A DNA stretch of 64,000 nucleotides from Raillietiella orientalis (taxonomy: Eukaryota), in the NCBI GenBank assembly GCA_036172245.1, contig JAYWIR010000034.1:496001-560000 (forward strand), in the 5' to 3' direction. The notes under the pieces are model-generated. The model was not told the origin of the DNA. It saw nothing but the letters and a program-made list of their open reading frames with translations, and ran no database searches. The translations under genes and the position numbers were made by a program. This document shows, piece by piece, positions 53,107-64,000 of the stretch. Position 1 is the first letter of the stretch. Each line of letters opens with the position of its first letter.

Positions 53107-56100
53107 CCATCACCCTTCCACTTCACCCTAATGATAGATTGAGCAATTTATTATGCCAATCACATCGGACCCTGCAGCACTGTTGCTTGCGAGTTTGTTC
53201 TTAATGAAGATACCCAAGCGGCCGTTCATCAGCATTCAACTTCTGTCTGTTTTTGAGTATTTTTTGGGATAAAAAGGGATGCTGTCTTCCAGAAATGTCC
53301 TCATCTTCCTGGAATGTTCAGAAAATGCCGTTTGGGCAGAGGAGAATACTGGGGTGCATAACTGCCAAGATGATCCTCCTGTTGAACTTAATATCTACTC
53401 TTCCGAAGAGATCCGTTTCTTCCTTGCGTGCACTCGGCGCTCTCGCATTCTTCATCCTTTCCAGTACCATATCGCTGTCAACGTTAACCGCAGCATTACA
53501 AGAACCTTCTGCCTTCTTGTGATGGCGTTGTTGTAGGGTTCCTGGAAGTTGCTTTGCCATCGTGCGAGGAACGGAATCGGCTCACCGCCCCGTGAAGCAG
53601 GTCGATTCAATGGTCCTTGTGATTCATCCCGTAGTGATATGAAATCCTTGTGATGGACCGAGGAATAGGGAGAGTTCCCAGGAGTGAGCCGATGTTCCGT
53701 CTGAAAATAATCATCTACCTAAACACAGCAGCAGCGTTCCGATTTTCCGAAAAAGGAATTCATGAGCTGCTGCAGAGTATCTTCCCCTTCTTCTGAAAGT
53801 GCCTGATCTGGGAAATTTCATCACGTTATAAGAAAATTTTATACATCAGTGTTGTGACCTGATATTTTAGGTTCCGTTCAAATCCAACACGCTTCCTCCC
53901 TCGTTTTCGAGGCCTGCAAAACAATTCTTCGTTTATTACACTTCTTGCCTGATCCGTATTTAAGTTCTTGGGAGAGCATTTTGTGCGCGGAGATGGCTTT
54001 TCTATGACTGTTCACTCTTAAGTGCAGCGAGAGCCTCCCATGATGTTTGGATGCTTTTCCTTCCTTCACGTGCAAATGCGTTTATGTTAAAGGAAGAGCC
54101 TGCGGACCTCCGATTTTTTGTTTTGCTTTCTGAAGCATTCAGCAAGGAAAAAAGTAGGCGAGAACTGTCAGGAATCTTCGGCAAAAGGAATTGTTTTTTC
54201 AGCAAAAAGGGAAGCAGATGAAATGAGATGATCTCATTGTCGCAAAGTATGGACGAAAGCATCACATCTGCCGTTTTATATGAAACCAAACACTTTTAGT
54301 GACGGCCGGGTCATCTGCACGCTGATCTTTTCATTGCAGCTGGCCAGGGTCTTCGATGGTTTGGTTCGGTCGCTATGAAGGCCCCGGTGATTAACGATCA
54401 AATCAAGGAGTCACCCGATGGGAATCACTCAATCACTTCGGTTTCCGTTGCCGGTGAGCTACTCATTTTTGAATATATTCTTAGTTTAGGCTGAAAACTT
54501 GTCCTCCGAAATGCCTAAGGCAGACTCCGCAATTAAGACTGAATCTTTGGGAGGAACGGAATGGCTTGCATCGTTTATCCCAACGTTATAAAAATCCCTG
54601 TATTCGGATAAGGCCCCAAAAGACTTCATCTGTCCTCCTTGTGACCAAAAAGTGAAAGGAGCAGAAACGGATGTGTTCCAAGCGCACATCAAGACACGGC
54701 ATTCTGGAGATTCTACAAATGCAGAATGCTTTTCCGGAGAAGGAGAACCTGTTGCATGCTATTTACATATGCGAACAGCTGTCCCACCTTTGGAGGAACA
54801 TGAGGCGCATGAGCGGAAAGGAAAAATGCCTGCTACCTTTGAAAAAGAAGAGTATTGGAGAGGAACGTGAAAGCGCTTCCATTCTATCATAGTAAATACA
54901 GTAGTAGCATCTCAACAGTTCCCAGGATAGAATCGAGTAGTCGAAACAGATAATGGTCACAAGTGCTTGCATGCATTTCTCCAAACAGCATACTCAAGGA
55001 AGTGAATTGCGGGAATGCTTGCTTTGAACTGCGGGCTGTTAGACTTACCTAGAAACATAAGCAGTTCAAGGTGAGCAAAGAATGTGCTGGCATCGTTAAT
55101 TTCCATTTTAATATAAAGTTTACTGTAGTTTAGTTCATGTTATGTAAAAAAAAATCCAAAAGGTCTAAAGCTGATTCCTCACAAACTGAATACGTAATGT
55201 GCTAAGATGAGCCAGAGCCAAATGGAAGAAACAAACCAATTACATATGGTCATCAAGTGAATTGAGCACCAAGTGTGAAAATACAAATTCCGCCATTCAT
55301 CATCCTCATACAGCTTTAATGAGAGATGGTAGTTAATAGTTTAAATTGTCAACGGCTTCTTGAGAAGCCATTTGCAATTTCAGTGGGAATCTGCCAACAT
55401 CGACCAACGTTCTTGTACAAGATCAGTGCATCCAAGAACGAATCTCTCACAAAGATCAGTGTTTGAAATCATTGGTTTCTCATGTTTAGAAGCGAAAATG
55501 ATCATACCTCATGAATGAAGGATGTCAACTTGCAAAATAAGACTTGCGTTTTGTAAATCAGGTGGACTGAAATCAAATAACTTCTATACATTTGGGGGAA
55601 AAAAAAAAATGAACTTTTAGTCCACAGGAAGAGGAGCGACTTGAAGCTGTGAATGCAGGTGAGAAGGATGTGCATCCTCTGCTCATACCATCGTAGACTG
55701 AGTTATCGTTGATTCTGCTTGCAGCATAATGCAAAGAATGGTTCGGCAAATGTAATCCTTGTTCAAGTAGTCCCAAGCCACATTCTGACGGAGCATCTTG
55801 CCTAGTGTTCGATTGCAGAGGAGGCAATTAGCAGACGAGATCTGTCATCTCTTTGGACTGGTAGACACGTCACTGATCAGTCATCAAGCCAGGAAAACCA
55901 GCCACATGCTGTTCTAGCTACGCTCACATTGGGAACAATTTTGTGATTCATGCTTTCATGCATGAGCCATTTCACCTCCAAATTTTAAGTGTGTGCAAAG
56001 CAGTAAGTTCTTAATGAACAGTGATTATTTGGTCTTCCAAATCAAAGTGTCAGTGTCTAAGTGTCCTTCCGATTAGCTGTTTCATGCAGACTCAGGTGTC

Positions 56101-59100
56101 TGGAGATGAGTATTCTGGTAGCTCATGAAACGAATATAAAGCCCTGTACACGGACGCAACGGTTCCTGGTCATAGCAAAAGCATTTGGTAGATCCCATTA
56201 ATATTTCTTAACAGGGGAAGTTGCTTTGTAATTGGTGCGGATTGAAACTGATTCGTCTGACACAAGGAAGACCACATGTATCCCGGAAACCATAAGCAAA
56301 ACGGCAATGAGAAAGAGATGCAGCAGTGTCGAAAAAACTAATGTCAATGTCCTTAACTCGTCTAAAGTCATTTTACAAGTGTGGGTTTGACATTAGTATC
56401 CCATGAGTACTTGAGAATGTTTGGAGATAACTCGTTGTCTGAAGAAAGCAGCGAAGCTGTTTCATAGGTTTTCCTCTCCTGTGAGGGATCTCCTGGAAAC
56501 TTTCCATGGAAGCACAAAACCTGGAAGCGAGACCACAACCTTCAAACTTCAAATAATGCCCCGTGCTTGGTAAAACTATTGCTCCAGAATGCCATACATC
56601 CTTCAGCGATCGACAAACACTATCGACCATCCTCATCGAAGAATCGCATCTCTCAAGCGATTCAAGATTTCAGATTCCTCTTTAGTGGAAGCGAGTGACT
56701 CGCATCCTTTGTGAAGCAATCCGTTGCCACAGTTTGCAACGTTCATGCAGCCCACACTTGTAGGAATTTATCGCCGATTTTCCCACACCACAGGAAGAAG
56801 TGCTGGAAGCAGCAGAGAATAAGGAAGCTGGAATGGATGCTTTCTTCGTATTCCAAATTCAGAGAACGCAATCAGGTCTCAGAAATTCGGAAGGAATGCA
56901 AAGGGAGAATGTCAAAATCAAGGTGACAGCATCCTGAATATTCTGGACAGTCAGACTACGGCCGAGATCAAGAACCAACCAGTTTTTCCTCAGATGCCCT
57001 GTCAGTCATCAGAGGCTTAGCAACGACACTTGGAAAACGTGTTTCCAGACGAGTGCCGTATTCCATCCCAGCTTATTTGAGTTCTGTTATCTCGGTCCTA
57101 AGAAGATCGAGACGCACAGGGTAGAGCCCAACAAGATGTATTTATTCGAAAGGGCCTGTAACTTAAACTATGCGAGATAAGATTGAGGGGCATGAGCAGT
57201 GGCTCTTTAAGAACTGTAGAGTTTGACAGCTATGTGAAAACAAATGAGGCTGGTCCGAAGGTACGTTGCAGTTCCTATCCAAAAGGAGATGCTGATTTCT
57301 AATTACATCAGGTTGGAAGCAAACTTGGCTTTGTGAAATCTCCAGTATCTAAAAAAGAAGAAGAAAGATCGACTTCTTAGAGAACCCATTTATTCTAACA
57401 TAAAGGAAAAAAGTACAACTGGAGGAAGGAGCTTTCCTTTATGGATGACATTAAGAGAAACAAGTAGGACTCAAAAGTGATATTCATTGACTTTTCTCGT
57501 ACTTTCTGAATCCCATGAGGTACAACTGGATGTTTCTAATTTTCCCCGAATCCAGTTTTCTAAATCATCTTATGAGGATAAGGCTTAACTCAGAAAAGGA
57601 GAATCTGACGCTGTTTTTTTTTTTTTAGTGTGCCGAATGCTACTTAGTCCTTGCATCCCTTTTATATGAAAGTTTTTCTTCTTCTCCTTTTTTTTTTCAT
57701 AGCCCGAGATAATGATCGTGCAAGCGTTCGTGCGTTTGAAAAAGATTCTCTCCTTAGCACACGGTTCTTTTAACCTTTCCGAACATGTCCTTATACATCA
57801 TGCTGAGTCCTTGCAGCACACATTTTAAATGACGTGTGGACTGCAGGGACGGCGGAATGCATCTCGAATCGAGTGCTGTCTGAAAAGCCAAGTTTGTCAG
57901 AAGTTAGATGCTGTTAAAAGATGCCTTTTGTTAGATGCCAGAAGTCCATTTGCTAAAGGACTCGGTGTGAAGATGGCCGCAGCACTGCCAACAGAATTTC
58001 GATGCATATTTCATCAACAGAGAACGGTTCGTTGGGAAGAAGAATAAAAGCTGCCCAATCCGGAACGAGCAGGCTGCTTCTGTCTGGAAATCTTTGTAAA
58101 AAAACAAACCATTAGCATTCAGCGCGTGCCTTGCATTTTAGCCACGACTGGATAGGGGCCTACGAAGAAAGGGCGCCTCTGTAAACTAAACTTATAGATG
58201 AAATAGATCATTTTACCTCGAAACTGCAAAAAGTGATCAGCCATCTTCAGTTAGTTTAGGAGAATTTTTGTTGCGACCTTTAGATAGTAATCAACGAAGA
58301 AGAATTCGGTTTCCAGCTCCATTCCATGGTCTTTTGTTAGATGCCGGAATCCAACGCAGAAGATGCACTCTCTCGCATAGAAAATTCATCTTTCTCTTTA
58401 TGGCCGAAGCATTTCATACTGAGGTCTGTAGAAAACGCAGTTTGGGAGCATCGGAAACAGTGCTCACAAAATGCGGGAGTCTGTTCTCTCACGAGAACAC
58501 ATTCATGCGTCCCGTCGGAAGCTGTTAGTATCCCGGCATTTTGTCAACATGCAAAGTTGTGTGTGCCATGCACGGCAAGCAAAAGTCTCTTCTCTTTTTT
58601 TGCCTCATCATTAGGGCGTCTCAGTTTGTCCTTTGAGCTTGCTTTCCATGCTGCTTTTTGTGTCTCTCAGCATTCGCGAATCTCTTCCGATGCGTTCTCT
58701 CTTAGTGATGACAGATTCCGCTGCTACAAATTCAGCCGGTCTGTTTCAGGAAATTCTAGGAGAAATTCCATCAGAGGCGACTGCTGTTCACGACGGCCGC
58801 AGCACTGACGTGGAAAGATTCTTCTTCGATTCTATAGCCGGAAGCAATGGAATGGCTTGTGGTTGCACAGCTTGCCCCTAGGTTACAGGCCGGCTGTTGT
58901 CGACCGTTGAGACTGGTAAAAATCTTCAACACCAAGTCGCACTCACAATTCCTTCACAACTCTGTCAATCGAACGAGAAATCGTGAAAAAAACGAAAACG
59001 CCGTTTTATCATCGGTTGAGGAGACCTGAAGATTACCTCTTCCGCTCTCAAAAGGAGCAGCTCTGAAGAATCACCAGTACTCAAGAAAGGCAATTACACA

Positions 59101-59339
59101 AGTGCTGACAAACAAATTCTACAATGGAGCACTTGATATTTTGCAAGAACGGAGCTCATCTCCAGCTTCCGTATCACAACTTCTACCCATGATTTGGCAT
59201 GTCCAGTGCTATTGGAGAAGGGCAAGCTTGCAAAGGATCCTCCAGGACATCATTATGCCTTGTAGCAGCGATGACTACGTCGGCAGGGTTACTCTCCAGG
59301 ATGAACGTAAACAGACAACCGAAACTCGCAGCACCTTCG

Positions 59340-61603
59340 CTTCCCGATCCGATCCTCTCGCGAAGTCGCGCCGAAGGGGAACGCGGCATCCGCTGGCGGG
59401 CTAACATTCGGGGCGGAATCCTGTCGACTGGCAGCAGCGCCCTAAAGATGGCTCGCATTGCAGTTCATGAAGAACGAAAGTCTGTACCTGGACGACCGGA
59501 AGCACTTCAAGGTGCACATCGAGTGGCTGGAGAACCTCCTCCTCTTCCAAGCGTTCTACCACAACTACGACGACATTTGCCGCATACACAACCAACAGAT
59601 GAGGTAAGCCTCCGCCCGTTTCCAAGACGATCCCCACGCGTCGGTTTCCTTGTTCTCGCTAACCTCGCTTGCATCTCGTCCCGGTACGTGCCGCAGCAGT
59701 CCTAACGTTCCCGAGTCTCAGAGACTTCCCTCACGCTGCACGCGTCAACCATTCCCCAAGGAAGCCAGCCACCCGTCGTCCTTTCCCCTTCGCACTCCTG
59801 GCGTCCTCGAGTAGGCGACCTTTGCGACAAGGAAGGAAGGAACAAGAAGGGGGAATCCCGCCTTGGAAGAGGCGACCTGCCAGAGGACTCGCCGGCTCGC
59901 CGCTCATGCCGGCATCCGCTTCTCTGCTCGACGGAGGCCGCCGCACGACTTTCCTCCGCCTGCATGCGAGCCGCGTCACTTCATCGCGTCGGAGTGCGGA
60001 AGGCGGCGGCGTGACCCCAGGAGAGGTTTTTACGGGGAGCGCGATGGGCCAGCGAGGAATTCAGCCGTAGGGCGAAGCGAGTGATCGACCCTTCTGACGG
60101 TGAATCCGGGTGTCCTCCATCCGTAAACACCTCTCTCTACAGCCGACTTCTTCCCGTCTTCTGCTCGCTCCTCAACATCTCGTCCGGAAGTCGTCTTTGC
60201 CCTGCGTCCACCTCCGAGTCCCCCTCGTTGCAAGTCGAGATCTTCCTGACTCCCGTTGGTGCAAAAAGAAGCTGCTGCGTTCGCGGCGTGCCGCTCCTCC
60301 GAGTTCTCCGCTTCCGTGGCTGCATTGGATCCCGACACCTGGCAGAGACATCCTGTACCCAGCGTCACCGGAGCGCATGCCCCGTCTGCTCTCTCGCAGC
60401 TTGGCTGCACAGCATCTCTTGGCAACTCGACGAGCGATGCCGATTCCGGTCTTTTCCTCCCCGGCCCGGTGGCAGGCTTTCGTGAAGACTCCACACTTCC
60501 TCTCGTCCAGGCTCCATGTCCCCTCTCGAGGCGTCACGCAACCGGCGCGCCGTTTCGTCCACCGAAGGCGACACCGGAAAGAGGGCGCGCCGACGAGACC
60601 CGCCGCAGCCGCGCCAGCGGGCGATGACGTTGCTTGAAGCTTCACTGACAGCCTGGGCACCCAGCCGTGGAAAGCCCAGAAGGAAGACGAACGGGTTCTG
60701 GTAGGGAGCACGAGCGCGCTCCCTCTGGCAAGACTCTTTCGTGTTTGCAGTCCGTCCGATCTCTGCTGAAAGCCCCTCGCTGGCGATCGGCGCAGGAAGC
60801 GGAATCCTCGCTTCCTTGCTGGAGGTGCGAGGCAAAGGCCGGATCGCCTGGCAGGCAGCGGACGCGGCCTCCTGCCACGAAGCGCCGTGCTCCTAGCGGT
60901 GGCTTAACCTTCCGGACGCTGTCCGGTGCCAATCTCCGAGAGCGCAGCAGCTGAACGCTTCTAGATTGTCCGGTCGTTTCTTTTTTGCTCTTCTTGTTTT
61001 GTTTCCGGTGCTTGTCTTTGGTCTTGGTGCTTTGCACCCGGAAGTAGGACGGCTCCGCCGTTCCGCGTGGTTTCGCATCCCTCGGAAGCTGCTTCTGGAT
61101 CTTCCCCGACGTCGGGAATCACGCGTTCGGGAGACGGGATGCGGATTCCTCGCTCGCGCCGAGGTCTTCAGAGTCGTCGTTCCTTTTCTGATCGCCGTAG
61201 CTGCAGCTGGTCGTTACGGTCGTCCCGCGGCGCGCTTACTGCAGAACGCTCGAGGTGCGACGTGCGAGCGAGCGATGTCTTCCGTGGCACAGGCCATGGT
61301 AGCGGCGTTGACCGCTGCGCATGTTCGAGATTTCCGCTCTGATGTTCTCACCTAACGTATCTTCCTCGGCTTCCATCCCGAGACAGCGGTGTCAGAAGGG
61401 AGATGAGTGCTTTTTTCGCTTGAAGGAAGAGGGAAGCTATTCTCGGTCTGCAGCGCAGGCGGCCGACGCCACCTTGTTGAGGCAGCTTTGGAGGTTTTGT
61501 GGGACGCATTCGCTTTTCGAGGATCGGACTTTTCCGCTGTGGCACGGAGGCTGCTCAATGAATTTTGAGTGTTGCACGTGTTCATAGCTCCGTGGTCTTC
61601 TTC
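59340..61603. repeat. Right arm of 2,264-bp inverted repeat (partner 4500-6763)
   Basis: Reverse complement of the left arm; differences at 61573, 60601, 60591, 60577 and 59347. Confidence 0.98.
59464..59603 (+). other. Identical second copy of coding exon 3, opposite orientation, upstream of the gene; orphan in this arrangement
   Basis: Reverse complement of 6500-6639 with no differences seen; acceptor TTGCAG| at 59463 and donor |GTAAGC at 59604 intact. No + strand copy of exons 1-2 found upstream. Confidence 0.9.
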
Positions 61604-64000
61604 GTAAGATGTTCGTAAGATGTGCTTACCAGCGCTTGGGGTAGATGTTACCAGTTCCTTTGGATGCCGGAAGAATTTAACATCAGTGGAAGATTCCTCA
61701 TGATTCTTCCCATCTTTACTTCTAATTAATCTTCGAGTGTATTTCTTTTTCAAAGAAAGGATACCAAGCAATGCAGATGGGGACGGTGAATTGAAGGGAC
61801 AACGTATCAGTGAGATATGGTATCCCCTCCGCATACACAAAGAGATGGGTGTACTGGAAATGAAGTTGTCAATTGTAGAGACCCTACATATTTTGTTGCA
61901 TGGAATTCCTTCATTCACTTAATAAACAATCACTTTTCTGCCCATATTTTTCGAATTCCTCTCTTTCACAAAATATCGTTCCCATGATCCTGTTATCCCA
62001 AGGAACTGTCAGGAGAATGTCTCCCCTGCATGCTATCTGGAAAACGGGAGTTGCGCCGTTCTGTGGAAGTTAGATGGAGATATGGAAACGAAATGAAGAC
62101 CTGCTGTTCTATGAAAAGGATCAGGAAGAGGTTACGAATTCTGGTCTGAAGGAGCATGTCAGAAGAGTAAGCAAGCATGGTGCGGATTACCGATGATGTG
62201 CGCAACTGGAACAGGGAATGTAAGATCACTGAAAATTCACAAAAATTTCAAAGACTGCAAGTGCAGTTTCTAACGGCTTCTCATAGCCCAACTCTCACAG
62301 CTGCCGAGGGAAAAATGTACCAGCACTTCGAGGTAACCACCATCCAAGAGTTCGGATCATAGCTTCTCTCTCTCTTCTCTCTGTAGGTGGTAACTAGTCT
62401 TTCCTCTATCGATCTCTCGAAAGGAAGACAAAGGAGTTGTCAGTAAATGTGAACTATACAAAACCTTTAAAATCTCAAAGAAAGCTCAACGGTTATCGCA
62501 TTGACTGAGAGTTCTAGATACGTTAGCCAGATGTTTCAAGTATCAGTGCCCTTTCTGATACTCCTATCCTGGCTTGTATCTTCATAACTAGTAGGTTCTC
62601 TCTCCTTTTCTTGTCACATACTAATGCTAAAATCATACTCGTCATCTCTTCGTAATAGCCTCAAGATCAACTGGGCTTCTAGATGAATGGCATTCACAGT
62701 CCACTGGCTTGTGATAAATAAATAGAGGTTGAAAACTGGATGTCGTGAAACTCCGACCATCGCCTTAGCTGAACCGAATGATCATCTCAGACAGCTGAAT
62801 TGCAACGGAAGCACAAAAGAATGCTTATTGTTCTGAAACAAGACAATTTGATTTCCTAGGTGATCCCGGACGGTGGCACGTGAACGACGGCAAACAGACA
62901 AAACCAAACCAACTGTTGATTCTCCTCGGGAGGAACTGATAACGGATCCTGGCGTGTTCTCAGCGTCTCGAGGAGGCAAGTTTCCGGGATAGCGAGGCTT
63001 TACTCCCGTCTCGATTGCACACAACCTGCAACCAGTGAGAATTCTTTGAATTACTCTTCCGGGAACTCTTCCGAAAACACGTGGAAGCAGGATTTCTGCT
63101 AGCTAGGAAAGTTCTCGTAAAAGAAATTGGAATCAACAATCAACGAAAGAGAATGGATCTCAAAGACAGGGCATGCCTCCGCAGCGTGGAGGAAAGGTCA
63201 TTGAATCCTATGCAGCTCTCAAGGCGAGGACCCTTCTATTTTCATCTGGTCTTCATTAGGCAGGCTTAAGAGAGGTACGAATGGGAAAAAGTTTCCATTT
63301 GAAAGAATTTTCCGGTCTGGGTGGCAATCCCGTCTACCTGTACTCAACAAGAGGATGTGGTTCGCGGTGGGGGTCTCATGCTTTCGGGATATGTTTCCAA
63401 AGTTGTGGACGGCCCTACTTACCGAACAGGACGAAAATCTTCCGAATCCGGGATGCTGAGACCAAACTTCCTCTGGACATAATCGTTGCAAGGGTCCCAT
63501 TGCTCTTGAAGCATGATGGCGGCTACCATGAGTCTTTCTAATCACATCAGGGAACAACAAATTTGTCCCGTGCTCTTACAAGGGGCTTCTGCTTGCTGTC
63601 GAATGGGAAGATGATGTGATCGGTAATGGCTGCGTATGTGGAGAACGAGACTGCAATTGATGAATTCAGCAGATGAGTCGAAGGTTCCATCCGTAAGGAA
63701 GTGTTTCTTATTCCCGAGAGAAGAAAGGTGCGTTCAAGGCAGTTTATTGGATGTTCTAACGGAAAAGTTCCACAGAAGAAACAGGAAGAGGGACCTTTGC
63801 GAAAACACAAAGCTTGTACATGTACTTGTGGGCTCAGTGGAAGAAGTTCTGTTCTTCCTTGCTTTAACGAACGGGCCAGTAGGAGAAGTGTACGGCTTGC
63901 GGACGCATGTACTCTGTACCTGCAGATCCTCTCGATGCTACTTTCCTGCTAGTCGATAAAGCGGCAATCGAAAACAAGTAAGCAACAAGGAATGAATGAA

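Noticed and set aside
56480..56510. Possible decayed + strand copy of exon 2 (TGGAAACT match) near the mirror position
   Set aside because: Only a short match, with no upstream similarity or splice sites.
4500..61603. Giant TIR transposon (Maverick/Polinton-like) or integrated virus
   Set aside because: No polymerase, integrase, capsid or transposase ORFs; no TSD; the arms contain a host exon and fade gradually rather than ending sharply.
1..64000. CRISPR array, rRNA or bacterial operon
   Set aside because: No regularly spaced repeats with unique spacers, no rRNA signatures, very low coding density, and spliceosomal introns present.

Overview
Eukaryotic (invertebrate-like, repeat-rich, roughly 40-45% GC) genomic DNA; no prokaryotic operons, rRNA, intact tRNA or CRISPR. 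One real protein-coding gene is supported. It lies on the minus strand and encodes a protein with tandem MATH/TRAF-like beta-sandwich repeats. Its coding exons are 27907-26946, 9374-9221 and 6639-6500, joined by phase-compatible GT-AG introns; the stop-containing exon was not found in the window. The dominant structure is a 2,264-bp inverted repeat (4500-6763 versus 59340-61603, mirror sum 66103, five substitutions seen) enclosing a 52.6-kb spacer. Each arm carries an intact copy of coding exon 3. The arms are strongly GC-enriched, and their near-identity fades into old, roughly 60-70% homology at both edges. This suggests an old inverted duplication kept identical by GC-biased gene conversion. 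A crossover between the arms would flip exons 1-2 onto an alternative exon 3 and 3' end. The rest is decayed transposon material: two long tRNA-headed SINE-like copies, a piggyBac-like MITE, a 178-bp insert flanked by 34-bp direct repeats, a chromodomain-like relic and several perfect hairpins. Most ORFs in the supplied track look spurious.
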